From NCBI GenBank assembly GCA_036785375.1, contig JAWMAR010001139.1, positions 186,001 to 250,000 of the forward strand: a DNA stretch of 64,000 bases. Reading direction: 5' to 3'. The notes beneath the pieces were generated by a model that saw only the letters and a program-made list of their open reading frames with translations, did no database searches and was not told the origin of the DNA. The DNA is from Leucoraja ocellata. Its lineage: Eukaryota. The translations under genes were made by a program, and so were the position numbers. Positions 12,901-24,781 of this stretch are shown here, piece by piece; position 1 is the first letter of the stretch, and each line of letters begins with the position of its first letter.

Positions 12901-14384
12901 GCAACAAAGCTCATTTGAAAATGTTTGGTGTTGCAGTCACAATTTTGAAAAACAGCCTTCACATGATTGCAGAATGCAATATACAAAAGATTGACTGCAG
13001 AATTAAAAGTAATTCAATGCTTAATTGCTATTTTCTACAGTCACTGTACGATATCTATGAAGCAGTACTGAAGTACAGCAAAATGTAACCATGTGCTGCC
13101 ACAGGGCACATACTTTTATTCCTTACACTTTTCCAGTTACGTGGTGGGTAAATGAATGCTTGCCAATCTGGTAGAATATTGTTGGAAACCATCAACAAGT
13201 GTCTGAAAGCATAGGACAAGCAATAAAGGATGCTGAACCGATGTTCTCTCAACCTTTTAACTTCAGCATCACAGCCTTGTCCTATCGAATATTGGGGTGC
13301 TAAAGACATTTGTAATCCATTTACCAGCAAGTGCATGATCCGATCCAATTAACCCTTTTTAATTTTTCTTGCACGAAAATGAGATTGGACATTGAATTGT
13401 ACTTTAACAATACAGCCAAGCAAACCAGAGCATTATTCTCCTTCAATAACATTTCCATAAAAATTATGACCCATTTTCAGTTCTCTCAAAAATCAATTTC
13501 AAAATTACTTAGAATTGCAACCTGTCATTTTTTTTGGGGACAATTTTGAAGTACTTTATGTCATTGATTGTAATCTTATTTTGAAATATATAAATAAAAG
13601 TTATTTGTGCATTGAGCAACTGTAGGCTAATGGACTGCTCTAACTCAAGCTCATTGTGTTACTCAAAACAGGGGGGGGGGGGGGGGAATTAGTCCTGGAA
13701 GGCAATTCACAAAGCTTTTTTAAATCCCATGATCCTCAGCGTAAAATGAACTGGATTTGCTCAAAATCCAACAGCCCCAGTACTTTGTGCTTCGTGAATA
13801 ATAACAACTGTGAATTCAAAGGTGCTGGTCTTTATCCTTCTTTGATACTTTCTATTTAACTAGAACAAGCATCAGAGTTTAGCACAAATGTCTGTAGTCC
13901 CCATTAAAATAAAGCGGGATATAGTTGGGCTGTTGTGAACTTAAAATATAAACATTAATATAACAGATTATTTTACCAAAAAATAATCAACCAACCTTTT
14001 GGATAAACAGTAAAACTACTCTTCCGTGACAATATTCCCTGACTAAAATGGTTAGCTATAGGACTTATAAATTTCAAATGTTTTTTGGTTCAGGAAACTT
14101 GTTAAAATTTCTCCATCAAACTCTCGCATGATATTAGAATGAGGTGTTTTACTGGCTGACAGTGTTCAATCTCAGTCTGGTACAGTCGGGACATAGGTTC
14201 GCACCATGATTCTCTGCTCAGAAAGGAACTGTGGCATGTCATGTTGCCACGAGGAACTGATGCTTCACTCCAAGACCAATCACCCTTGCCAGCTGAAGTA
14301 TTTCCACATTCCAACTCAACAGAAAAGGAATTGGGTGACTGCAGTAAATTATGAAATGATTTATCTATATTTCATCTTGAACAC

Positions 14385-16984
14385 CTTTCAAAAGACTTAC
14401 AAAATTTATTTTTGTTCAACACATTGGGAACATGGCCAATTTCAAACATTGACAATGCTTGCTGTAGCCTACCATTCACCGAGGCACCAGGAAATAGAAA
14501 GCAATTTTAGCATTTCTGAAACCAATCAAAAAAAGTATTTGACTGGTTTGAGTCTGCCATTGATTGGGTACATTGCCAGCCTCAATTAGCTAGGTGGCCT
14601 GTTTCAGTATTGACGACCGACTGGGAGATTTGCTCAGTCTCACAAAATCGTGCAGCAAGTCTGCATGTTATAAGATTTGATTCCAAAGTTTCCCACTTTT
14701 TGCCATAAATGATCAGAATTAACTCCGAATTAGCACGTCCAATGAAGAAAATAAACTCAGTTTTCACAAATCAGAGAACTGAAAATGGTGCTCCTGGTGC
14801 ACTACAAGACCCACAGGTTTTCGCATGTTCTCCTGAATCATGTGCCATTGTCAACCAAGATTTTACTCAAAAATGAAACAAGCCAATCTGGTTTGATACT
14901 ATTTGAAGCATGAATTTTTAAAAACAATGGAAATAATATCTTGCACTATGATGCTCAACAAAGTGGGGTGTGGGGAGAGATGGAGCTAACAGTCAACTAC
15001 CTTAATCTGAATTTCAGGAATTAACACACTGAAGCCAGTCTTTCTTTGTTGCTTTCTTGCTACCATTTCTCGTACTTCAAGCTGACGACCTTTGCTGATA
15101 GTGAGGCCGTTTGGTTTGCCTCGATTTTCTACTTGAAAACATAAAAGGTAAAATGTACTCAAACAAGGTTCATTGTACATCTTCACTCTAGCTAAGATGG
15201 ACTGTGAAAGGGCAAGGTGAAGACCCGTAACAGATTGGGAAAGGGCGAAGTGATGACCCGTAATGGAATGGAAAAGGGTGAAATTATGACGTAATTACTT
15301 GGAGAAGAATTAGGTGAAGATTTATAAACCTGTGATAAAAAAATCTAGATTGAAGTAGCAAAAATAAAATATAATATCTAAAGACACAGCACACAGGCCC
15401 AAAGAACAAGAATTGGCAAAGTATTTAGAAATTCAATGAGAATCAAATCAGTGAAACAAATAGCTCTGTAACTGCCTTTTCATGTCTCTTTAAGAGCTAT
15501 ATGTGTATCAGCCACTTTTAAACTTGGATTTAAGCTCTCATATCGTTTTGTACTCAAAAAGGCCAAATGCATGCCAGACTGCCTTTGCATGCGTAAAGGC
15601 ATTTATGGCTTGTATCCTATGGCTCAACCAATTTCAAGTGTAGAAACAGAGAAAAAGCAGTTTATAAAGAAAACAAGATTGAGCACACGCTTACACTTCA
15701 CACTGATCGGACCTGGAGGCCTAGATCACCGCATGGCGGATTTTTAGCAAATATTTGTCAAGTGACATAACGGAGGAAAGAATGCAGTGTACTGTTCAGC
15801 ACCATGATTCCTTGGAAAGTGCTAATTGTCAGTTTCAGACTCAGATATACTTGAACCCAAGGGAAAATTTGCATTAGGCCGACAAGGTTTACTTTTTTTT
15901 CACCTTGCCTTCCTTACACTCACCTCATTCAGTGGGCTGGCGAAACATCACCTTTAGGGCCTCGGATTATTTTGACACCAACATGTGAATGCATTTTGAA
16001 GGAGATGCAGAAAGGAGAAATTTAAGAGGGCACATAAAGAGGATTTAAATAGGGATTTTCTGTCACAATGAGCGATAAATTTATGTTGGCCAGAGTTTAA
16101 AGTGCTTATCGCACACCATCACCTATATGGTGACATACTCAGCAGGCGGGATTGTGTTATTTCAAAATAAATCTATTCCAGTACTGTGATTACAGAGAAC
16201 TCTTAAGAGTATAATTGCAGTAGGCAAAAAGGCAGATAATGTGGTAAACTTTAAACCTCTTCAAACATTAAGTCTGGACAAAGCAAACGTAGGCTTTTAA
16301 GACTTGAATGCACCAAAGAGTTAATGCAATTGTATCAACATGCACGCACAGCAGCGTGGTATTTAGATATTTTAATCCATGATCTCTCTCCATAAACTGC
16401 ATTTACGTGGGCTCAAATGTATTATAACGCTGGTCCTAGCATCTGAGATTTTGAGCTCTTCTAACGGTATGACACGGTGCAATCCTTTACATCCGAGTGC
16501 AGACACACCGGGCATTCTTGGAACCCAACCTCACCCTCTGGACACACGCTTCAGTTTGATTGAGAGGTGTAGGCAAAGCTGTGCAGCAACTCTGCTTTTG
16601 GTAATACTGTGTTCATCAGGCACCTAAAGCAGGAAGATTTCTTCAACACCATTTACAACGATGAGCCACGGGCGTTTTCAGTTAATGTCAAGTGCAGAAT
16701 CTCAAGAGGTGAATCACCACATGGGGCGTCAATCTCGCAAAGATGTTCACCATCCTACCAATTATTTTAATCTCCCTTTTTTTTCCGGTCAGTGATGTAT
16801 GTTTTCATTGTATATCGGATCTGAACCGAGACTTCCGTGGACATTTTTCGTAAAGGGCTGAAGGGGGAGAAAGGTGGGGAGATTTGGTACCATCCCCAAT
16901 TACACTCTCCCGTGTATACTCGGTTAGTGCTTGCATCCACAGTTTTCAATCGGTGTTCTATTTTCTTTCCCTGTTCAGCTGTCG
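14385..16984 (-). other. RPS6KB1: RPS6KB1 3' UTR (minimum likely extent; may extend to about 10.3 kb)
   Basis: Repeat-poor sequence downstream of the stop. Minus-strand AATAAA (tttatt on +) at 14405-14410, with more at 13115, 12096 and 10291. Confidence 0.5.
15206..15302. repeat. Degenerate ~33-bp tandem repeat, 3 units
   Basis: gaaagggcaaggtgaagacccgtaacagattgg / gaaagggcgaagtgatgacccgtaatggaatgg / aaaagggtgaaattatgacgtaattacttgg. Confidence 0.7.
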
Positions 16985-17228
16985 TCATAGGTTCATGCGG
17001 AGGTGTGCTGGTCTGTTCGGGGGCACGGGATACGTTTGCTTTTTGAAAGGCACAGAACTCACGCCCATGGGATTCCGGATCGGCAGTGGAGCAGATGCCT
17101 CTCCACTAACGGTTACGTCCATCTGTTCCATCCCAACGTCCATGGGGTAGTCCGATGACCCACGACCTCTGGGCGGTTCCATGCCGGATCCCCGACTCCA
17201 GCAGTCGGCAGAAGAAAACTTGATCGGG
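16985..17228 (-). CDS. RPS6KB1: RPS6KB1 exon 15 (last coding exon)
   Basis: ttttgcag| then (S)PIKFSSADCWSRG...MEQMDVTVSGEASAPLPIR...RPAHLRMNL-TGA. The HLRMNL terminus is S6K1-type, not S6K2-type. Confidence 0.96.
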
Positions 17229-17569
17229 CTGCAAAACAAAGAGGTGTGAAGTGGACTATTCATAGAGACCAATCTGCTTTGAGCTAATCTAAGAATGTTC
17301 AAAACATACATGGTGGGAAACCATCCAGCATCTTTTAACATTCTGTACAAACCTGCTTAAAAGAGGACCCACATTTGAGGCAACTCGCACACAAGGTGAC
17401 CTCTCTCCAGCCAAACAAAAAAACCTAAAAAAAATTATGATTCATGTGAAATAAAGTATCACCAATATAAGCGGAAGAAAGAGAAAAAAGCAGAACTGAC
17501 ACAAAATTCAAGATAATTTTGGATTACACTCTGTACTTTGTCATGTGGAAATGCACAAAACATGGAAAC

Positions 17570-17730
17570 TGACCAAGTACAAAGTGCTGGAGAAACTCAG
17601 TGGGTCATCTGTGGAGTGAATGGGCAGGCGACATTTCAGGTCGGGGCCCTTCTTCAGACTGATGCCGTCTGACCCGCTTAGTTCCTCCAACATTGTTTTT
17701 TTGTTCAACATTCTAGCAGTTGTGTTTCCA
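17570..17730. repeat. Penelope-like terminal repeat remnant with inverted partial copy
   Basis: tgctggagaaactcagtgggtc...gacatttcaggtcggggcccttcttcag followed by tgacccgcttagttcctccaac. Confidence 0.6.
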
Positions 17731-17989
17731 TTTAGCAAGGTACTAGTGTTGGACACCTTTAACCCACCTTTTCCATTAATCGGTCTAGTCCAATCTTGAA
17801 CATAAACATGAATTCCAACCTCAACCATTCAGCCTGGTTAATTATTGGAAGCCTACTGTCTATTTATGAACAAACTGAGTTCTTAAGAAGAATCCAGTAG
17901 GTTCACCGTCATTTCCATGAATTGTGGTTCATTTCCATCTTTAAAAAAATAAGTAAATACATTTTCAATGTCAGGCTCTCTGGGTTCTC

Positions 17990-18745
17990 CTAGCAGCCCC
18001 TTAAAGAATGGTGCAACATTTGCCAACCTCCAGTCTTCCGGATACCTCACCTGTGGTTAATGATGATGCAAAAATCTCTGCAATGTCTTCCCTGTTTCCC
18101 ACAATGTCCAAGGGTGCACTTGGTCAGATTCCGAGGATTTATCTACCCAAATGTACTTTAAGTCTGCCAATAATTTCTATATGGTCCAAGACATCACTCA
18201 ATTTGCCTCCAAGTAAAAACTGATGAGATATGTTAATTAAAAGTCTCATCCATTTCATGTGGCTCCACACATAAATGGCCATGCTGATCTTTAAAGGAAC
18301 CTATTCTCTCCCTCATCACCCTTTTACTCTTAATATACATATTTGGATTTTCCTTTACCTTGTTGCCAGATCCATCCCTTGCCCTCTTTTTGCCCTTCCA
18401 ATTTCCCTCGTGTACTCCTATACTTCTTACAGTCGATGAGGGATTCTCTTGATCCTGACCCGATGCATACTTCCTTTTTTTCTGATCAGAGCCTCAACAT
18501 CTTTTGTCAACCAAGGTTTCCCAAACTTGCCAGTCTTGACCCTGCACCCTAAAGGAATACTCTGTCCCTAAACACTTCCTACTGCATCTTTAGAAGTCTC
18601 AAATTTGCCAGATATCTCTCTACCTGCAAACAGTCTCACCAGGTCAAACTCTTAGTTCCTGCCTAATGCCTCCAAAATTGGCCTTGCCCTATTTAGGACC
18701 TTAACCTGTGGACCTGTCCTATCTTTTTCTATAACAATTTTGAAA
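17990..18745 (-). mobile_element. Old CR1-type LINE fragment
   Basis: Pyrimidine-rich decayed sequence typical of antisense CR1 ORF2; no intact ORF. Confidence 0.45.
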
Positions 18746-19399
18746 CAGAGCTCCCGTAGGAAGCTCACAGACACAGGGGAAATGTGCAAACTCCGCAAAA
18801 TTTTCCACATGGTCCTATATCCTGGTTTTCCTAATCAGTATCTCAAGAAAAATTTCCATCAATCTGTCCTCCATCTCTCCATCAGGTAATTTGAGTTATC
18901 CAGTCTATCTATATGTAGAATAAAATTCCCATGATTATTTTATCTCCATGAATCACTTCATACTTCTTTGCATTTTACTTCCACTGCCTATTTCACCAGC
19001 ATATCTCCAGGGATATTGATAGATGCACAAGGATTGGGTACTTTTTTGCTGCGATTTTTAAGTAATTTCAATCAAAATCTGTTCTTCATCCTGGTTTGAT
19101 CTGCTGTGTACTTCTAACATAGATTTCTAACTTCTGGGTTTGAATTCTACAAACATATCCAGTTCACCGAGGATTGAAATTCTTATGGGAATATGTCACA
19201 AGTGTGGAGTTGCCCGATACATGGGTTAGATGGGAACTGAGGGCAATATGGATGAGAGAGAGGGGTATTGCTTTTGTGAAGATGTGAGAGGAGACAAGAC
19301 CACTATTCTGCAAAGATTAAAAGAATGAGAAATAATATTAAAACAAATATTAAAACATGCAAAATTCTCAGTAGGTTTGACAGAGCAGTGATGTGAAGC

Positions 19400-19690
19400 T
19401 GTTTCTCCTTGATGAGCGCTTGTAACTAGGGGGTCACAGTCTCATAGCTTGGGGTTAAATTATTTGGGAATGTGCAAAAGAGAAATGTAGTCACTTAAAA
19501 GGATGGTAAATCTTTGGGATAATTCTATGTTCGGAAGCTGTGGAGGATCATTTATTGATTACATTCAAAATAAGATAGTCGGATTTCAGGATATCACAGG
19601 ATTCGAGGATAAGGCAGAAAAACATTGATGGAGAAGATCTGCCATGGTCTTGTTAATTGGCCAAACATTAGAGGGCTAGCTAGTCAGAGC
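19400..19690 (+). mobile_element. Old CR1-type LINE 3' end
   Basis: ctgtttctcctt..actagggggtcacagtctc..ggtaaatctttgg..gctgtggagg..agatctgccatg; same pattern as the younger copy at 36.1-36.5 kb. Confidence 0.55.
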
Positions 19691-19753
19691 CAGGCTGGTA
19701 TTTTTTTTTAACTTCCTCTGTTCTTAGACAGAAGATAGAGATTATGGAATTAC

Positions 19754-19866
19754 CTCACCGGAGTCCTAGGGCTGCCAATAAACCTGCGAGGTGAACGGAT
19801 TTTTGGCTCAAATGAGAATTTTTCCTTAACGCTTTCCAGTACTGATGGAGCCACATAGGTGAATCC
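19754..19866 (-). CDS. RPS6KB1: RPS6KB1 exon 14 (hydrophobic motif T389 and autoinhibitory S/T-P sites)
   Basis: 113 nt, GFTYVAPSVLESVKEKFSFEPKIRSPRRFIGSPRTPV(S); ctgtttcag| ... |gtaatt. Confidence 0.97.
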
Positions 19867-20247
19867 CTGAAACAGAAAAACAAACGGTGATGGTATTTTC
19901 AACCTTTTTTGCCAGATTGCAGTTTCACAAGCAACCATTGCTCTCTGATACCTTGTTCATGAAATTATTCACGCTAATAGAGGCAGTGTAAAGTGACAGA
20001 CGGTGGTAATCACAAGCGCATGTAATCTTGTCTCAGACAAGACGCCTGCACTTTCCATTAAGGGCATTGTGTCAGATTTCATAGGAAGATCAACTCTGAA
20101 TCTTTCTCCTTATTTCTCACAATATGTTCCTCAAATGCCAAAGGAAAATATCCCAAAAGGTTCCTACATCTCAGAACTAACTCTGTAATCCCAATTCTCT
20201 TTATCAAACTCTTCCTTCCTTCGGAGGCAGGGTAGTATTGTCTACTT

Positions 20248-20470
20248 CAGGGGTTCCCAACCTTTTCGTCCTGTTTACCCCAGGCAACTTTTTAAAAGTA
20301 AATTTACCTCCACCCTGTTTTGTTCAGTAATTTGAGTTTACACTTCTACCATAATAAAGCAATTGACAAAGGGGAAATTTTAAAATACTGTTTTTAATAT
20401 TATTATTTTAAGTTCCAGAATCAACAAATTTACTCCTGGGGGTAAATTTACCGCAAGTTGGGAACCCTTG
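20248..20470. mobile_element. hAT (Charlie/Buster-like) MITE, 223 bp
   Basis: TIR CAGGGGTTCCCAAC ... GTTGGGAACCCTTG; perfect 8-bp TSD GTCTACTT (20240-20247, 20471-20478) with central TA. Confidence 0.9.
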
Positions 20471-21719
20471 GTCTACTTCAACCGTGTCTCCCCAAATGTA
20501 CCTTAACTCAGGTTTGTACTGTCTCGACTAGGAAATCTCTTGGGTGCATACAAGTAAAAAACTTCAAGAAACACTCTCCTCTTCTGAAGAAAGACTAATC
20601 CAAAATGGTAACTATCCCCTTCTCCACTGATGATGCCTGAGATGATATTTTCAGCATTTTCTGGTTATGAAATTATTATTTAAGATGAATCAGCAAAAAT
20701 TGTCACTGCCAGACCAGAGTGTAGGGTGGTCAGTGTTATTGTGGAGATACATTGCACCAATGACAACACAAATGGGGCAAATAGCCTGTATCATGTTCCA
20801 GGTGACCACTTTTTCCCATCCCGAGTTCACCAAACTCCATTAAAACACCCTTACTCAAGTCATTATTTACTTGTTACACACCCAAGAGTTTTTCCTCAAT
20901 TATACTTCATGGCCCAGACCAGCATGACGATCACTCAACTTGATCAGCATGAAATAAAACAGCATAGGTAGTTCTGCAATAATAATCAATAATGTGATTA
21001 TTGATGAATTAGGGAACATTATGTGTATTATGTAGGGTGAATTGATTATAATATAATTGCAAACAGAAATTAGCATCACACTTATCAGGCACTAGCTGCC
21101 AGTTTCACAGCTGAAGGTGAAAGAGTTACTTTGGAAAATGATAAAAAAAAATAAACTGTCTTGGAAAGAAATGTCCTATTTGCATGTAACCTCCCCTCAG
21201 TGATCATCAGATATCACGGTCTCAAGGACAAAAGCTACCAGTTTCACCTCATGAAGCCATGTATGAATTACTTTGGAAATTGACAACCAATCGCTTCTAT
21301 TGATACCTGTGCAATGATACTTCATTAATCAATGTAAGATAGCATGTCTTTTTTTTAAATCTTGCAGTAAATAAACTCATTACTCAGCTTTAGTTTTGAA
21401 AATCCTGCACAAAAAATAATTTTGTTATTGCGGCAATGAAACTCTTGCCACTAACTAACCCTCCCTTTTACAGAATTGTTTTAATAACATGATTTTCCAT
21501 TAAGTGGATTATTAGACACGCAACTAATGTTTCTAATCAGCTAGAAATTACCCGTAGTTACAAATAATTACTTCAGAAAAGAATAAAGACATAGTAGAAA
21601 AAGAGAAAATACTGGAAATACTCAGTCTGGCAATATCTGTAGGAGGGGAAATAGTTTCTATTTCATCACCAGCTGCCCCAGTGCTGAATGTTTCTGGTAC
21701 TCACTGTTATCTCAGATTA

Positions 21720-21992
<273 letters not shown>

Positions 21993-22216
21993 TTAAAAAG
22001 TATTTTGTTTATAGAGCCTAGTTAAACAATTACATTGGTGCAAAAACTCCCCAACAATTTTGAAGTACGACGTTGCGGCCAGTTTGCATGTTTATTTTGT
22101 GGGAACTTTCGCAAAACCCAATGCTCCTCTTAGAAGCAGTGGAATACACAAAGGAAATCTAACAGGTGTGTTTCAAGGGTAGGAGAAAACCAAGCTCTCA
22201 GAAACATGAATTAAGA

Positions 22217-22512
22217 GATACAGCATGGAAACAGGCCCTTTGGCCCACAGAGCCCACGCTGACCATCAACCACCATTTACACCAATGCTTCACTAATCCA
22301 ATCCAACTTTATTCTCACTATATTGTTATCAATTCCCCCCCAAACTCGCCCAAGGGGCAATTTAAGGAGGCCAATTAACCTATGAAGTCGCACGTCACAT
22401 TGAAACGTATGCTGTCACAGAGAGACACACACACTCCACACAGCATCCAAAGTCAGGATTGAACCCAGGTCCCTGGCGCTGTGCAGCACTAGTTCTACCA
22501 GCTGTGCCACCC
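22217..22512 (-). mobile_element. tRNA-derived SINE (HE1/V-SINE-like)
   Basis: Reverse complement has A box (GGTGGCACAGCTGGTAG) and B box (GGGTTCAATCC); tail 'gggcctgtttccatgctgtatc' is shared with other copies. Confidence 0.8.
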
Positions 22513-24699
22513 TACAATACTTCTCTATTATTCCCCCATCAGCAGGCAGCACTCCAATCATGCAGTTTTAATTTACGCTGACCTGTCAACAGAAGACCAA
22601 TGAGAAAGCCTGGAAGGGATGCTGTTAAATGGTGGAAATAATAGAATTCACAATGAAGCTGATGGAAAGTGAGATAATGTAAGATTCAAGAGTGTACAAC
22701 GGAGGAGCTTTGCTGATATGTCAGATATTATTTGTTTTTTTGTTCCAAAGTATGCCCCAAGTTAATTTATGCAACAAGATGGTATACATAGACGGATCAT
22801 TCACAAGGCTGCTCTAACCCAAGCACATAATACTAACAATTATTTGTAGTTGTCTGTGTTAAATAGTCAAAAAAAAGTCAGCGCAGTACACAACCTACTC
22901 ATAGTCATTGGTTAGTTAAAGTGACAGGTCTGTGTCCACTCAGTTCCACCTCAATTCAAACCCGCCAAATTACAAAATATTAAAATATTAGGGATTCTTT
23001 CTACCTCTTAAGATTTGAAAGCATTTTAAAGAAAAGATCTGGGGAATGCGGCTTCCCAAAAGGCGAAACAAAATGTCCTGAGATACAGATTTCGTATATT
23101 GAGCTGCTCAACAATATTGGCTTGAGGGGCAAAGTGGCCTTCTCCTGTTAAACAAACAGCCTGTCCATTCCCTCCAGATGCCTCCTGACCTAATCAGTCC
23201 CTCCCAACACCTTGTGTTTTGTTCAAGATTCCAACATCTGCTATTTCTTATGTCGCCGATCTATTCTTGCTCCTATTTATCTTATGTAACAAGGAATTTG
23301 GAAACTAGCATGATTGAGCAGTCAACTTGAATTCAAGAAACAAAAAAGCAAATCTGTCAGAGCTTCTCAAGTTTATAAATAGCAGAACAGTTAATGGCAA
23401 ACCAGCTGTTGTGGTGTACGTGAATTTCAGGCGGCCTTCAATACATTCACAAATGGGTTTATTGCTAATTTACATAAGAAATATAGATAACATATTGGCA
23501 TGGATTAAGGATAAATTAACACACGTAGAAGTACATAGGTCATTTTTATGTTGGGAGCTCTCACCAAAGGGGTGCTCACATTTATATCAATCATTTTGAT
23601 GAAGGATCAACAGCAAACACACAAATTTGCAGCTGATAAAGTGGGTGGCAATGTGAACTGTAAGGAGTATGCAGAAGGGCTTCAGGGGAATGCAGGCATA
23701 CAAAGTGAATGCACATGGAAATGGCAGGTGGAATACAATATGGCAGTAGTAGCATCGTCCACTTTGGTACAATAAGAGAATCACTGAATTTATTTTGAAT
23801 AGTGACCATTTGCAAGGTTTTTGTGGTCTCAGTGCTTCGGTGGCCAAGAACATAAATCATGTGTAGATGCAGCAATTAGAAAGGCAAATGCTATCTCTCC
23901 CTTTATTGAAGAGGACAAGGGTCAGGGCAAACGGGATCCTAACACTAGTCACATCTTCCCATCTTCACCCCTTTCCTCCTTCCGCAAAGACCGTTCCCTC
24001 TGCAACTCCCTGGTAAACTCATCCCTTCCCACCCAAACCACCCACCCCCTCCCCAGGTATCTTCCCCATAAACTGCAGAAGATGCAACACCTGTCCCTAT
24101 ACCTCCTCCCTTGATTCTGTCCAGGGACCCCGACAGTACTTTCAAGTTAGGCAGAGATTCACTTGCACCTCCTCCAATCTCATCTACTGTATCCGTTGTC
24201 CAAGATGAGAGCTCTTAAACATCGGCGAGACCATACGTAGACTGGACGATTTTTTCACTGAACACCTTCATTCAGTCCGCCTGAACCTACCTGATCTCCC
24301 AGTTGCTAAACACGTTAATTCTCCTTCCCATTCCCACACTGACCTTTCTGTCCTAGGTCTCCTCCATGGTCAGAGTAAGGCTAAAAGCAAATTGGAAGAA
24401 CAGCATCTCATATTTCGCTTGGGCAGCTTACAGCCCTGTGGTATGAATATTGATTTCTCTAACTTCAAGTAACCGTGGCATTCCCCCTCTCTCTCTATCC
24501 CTCCTCCACCACCCAAGTCGCACCAACTTCTTGTTTTTACCCAACAAACAGCTAACATTGGCCTGTTTCCTTTATCATCGTTAGTTTTTTGCATAGCTTT
24601 CATTCATTGTTCTTTATCTCTCTACCACCGTCTATATCTTTCCAAGGTAGACAAAAATGCTGGAGAAACAGTGGGTGAGGCAGAAGCGAAGGAATAGGT

Positions 24700-24727
24700 G
24701 ACGTTTCGGGTCGAGACCCTTCTTCAG
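24700..24727 (-). ncRNA. Minimal type I hammerhead ribozyme motif (Penelope-associated)
   Basis: Minus strand reads CUGAAGA-A-GGGU(CUCG)ACCC-GAAAC-GUC; catalytic core intact. Confidence 0.7.
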
Positions 24728-24753
24728 TCTATATCTTTCTTGTGACTTTCAGT

Positions 24754-24781
24754 CTGAAGAAGGGTCTCGACTCGAAACGTC
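24754..24781 (+). ncRNA. Minimal type I hammerhead ribozyme motif (Penelope-associated)
   Basis: CTGAAGA-A-GGGT(CTCG)ACTC-GAAAC-GTC; one G-U pair in stem II. Confidence 0.65.
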
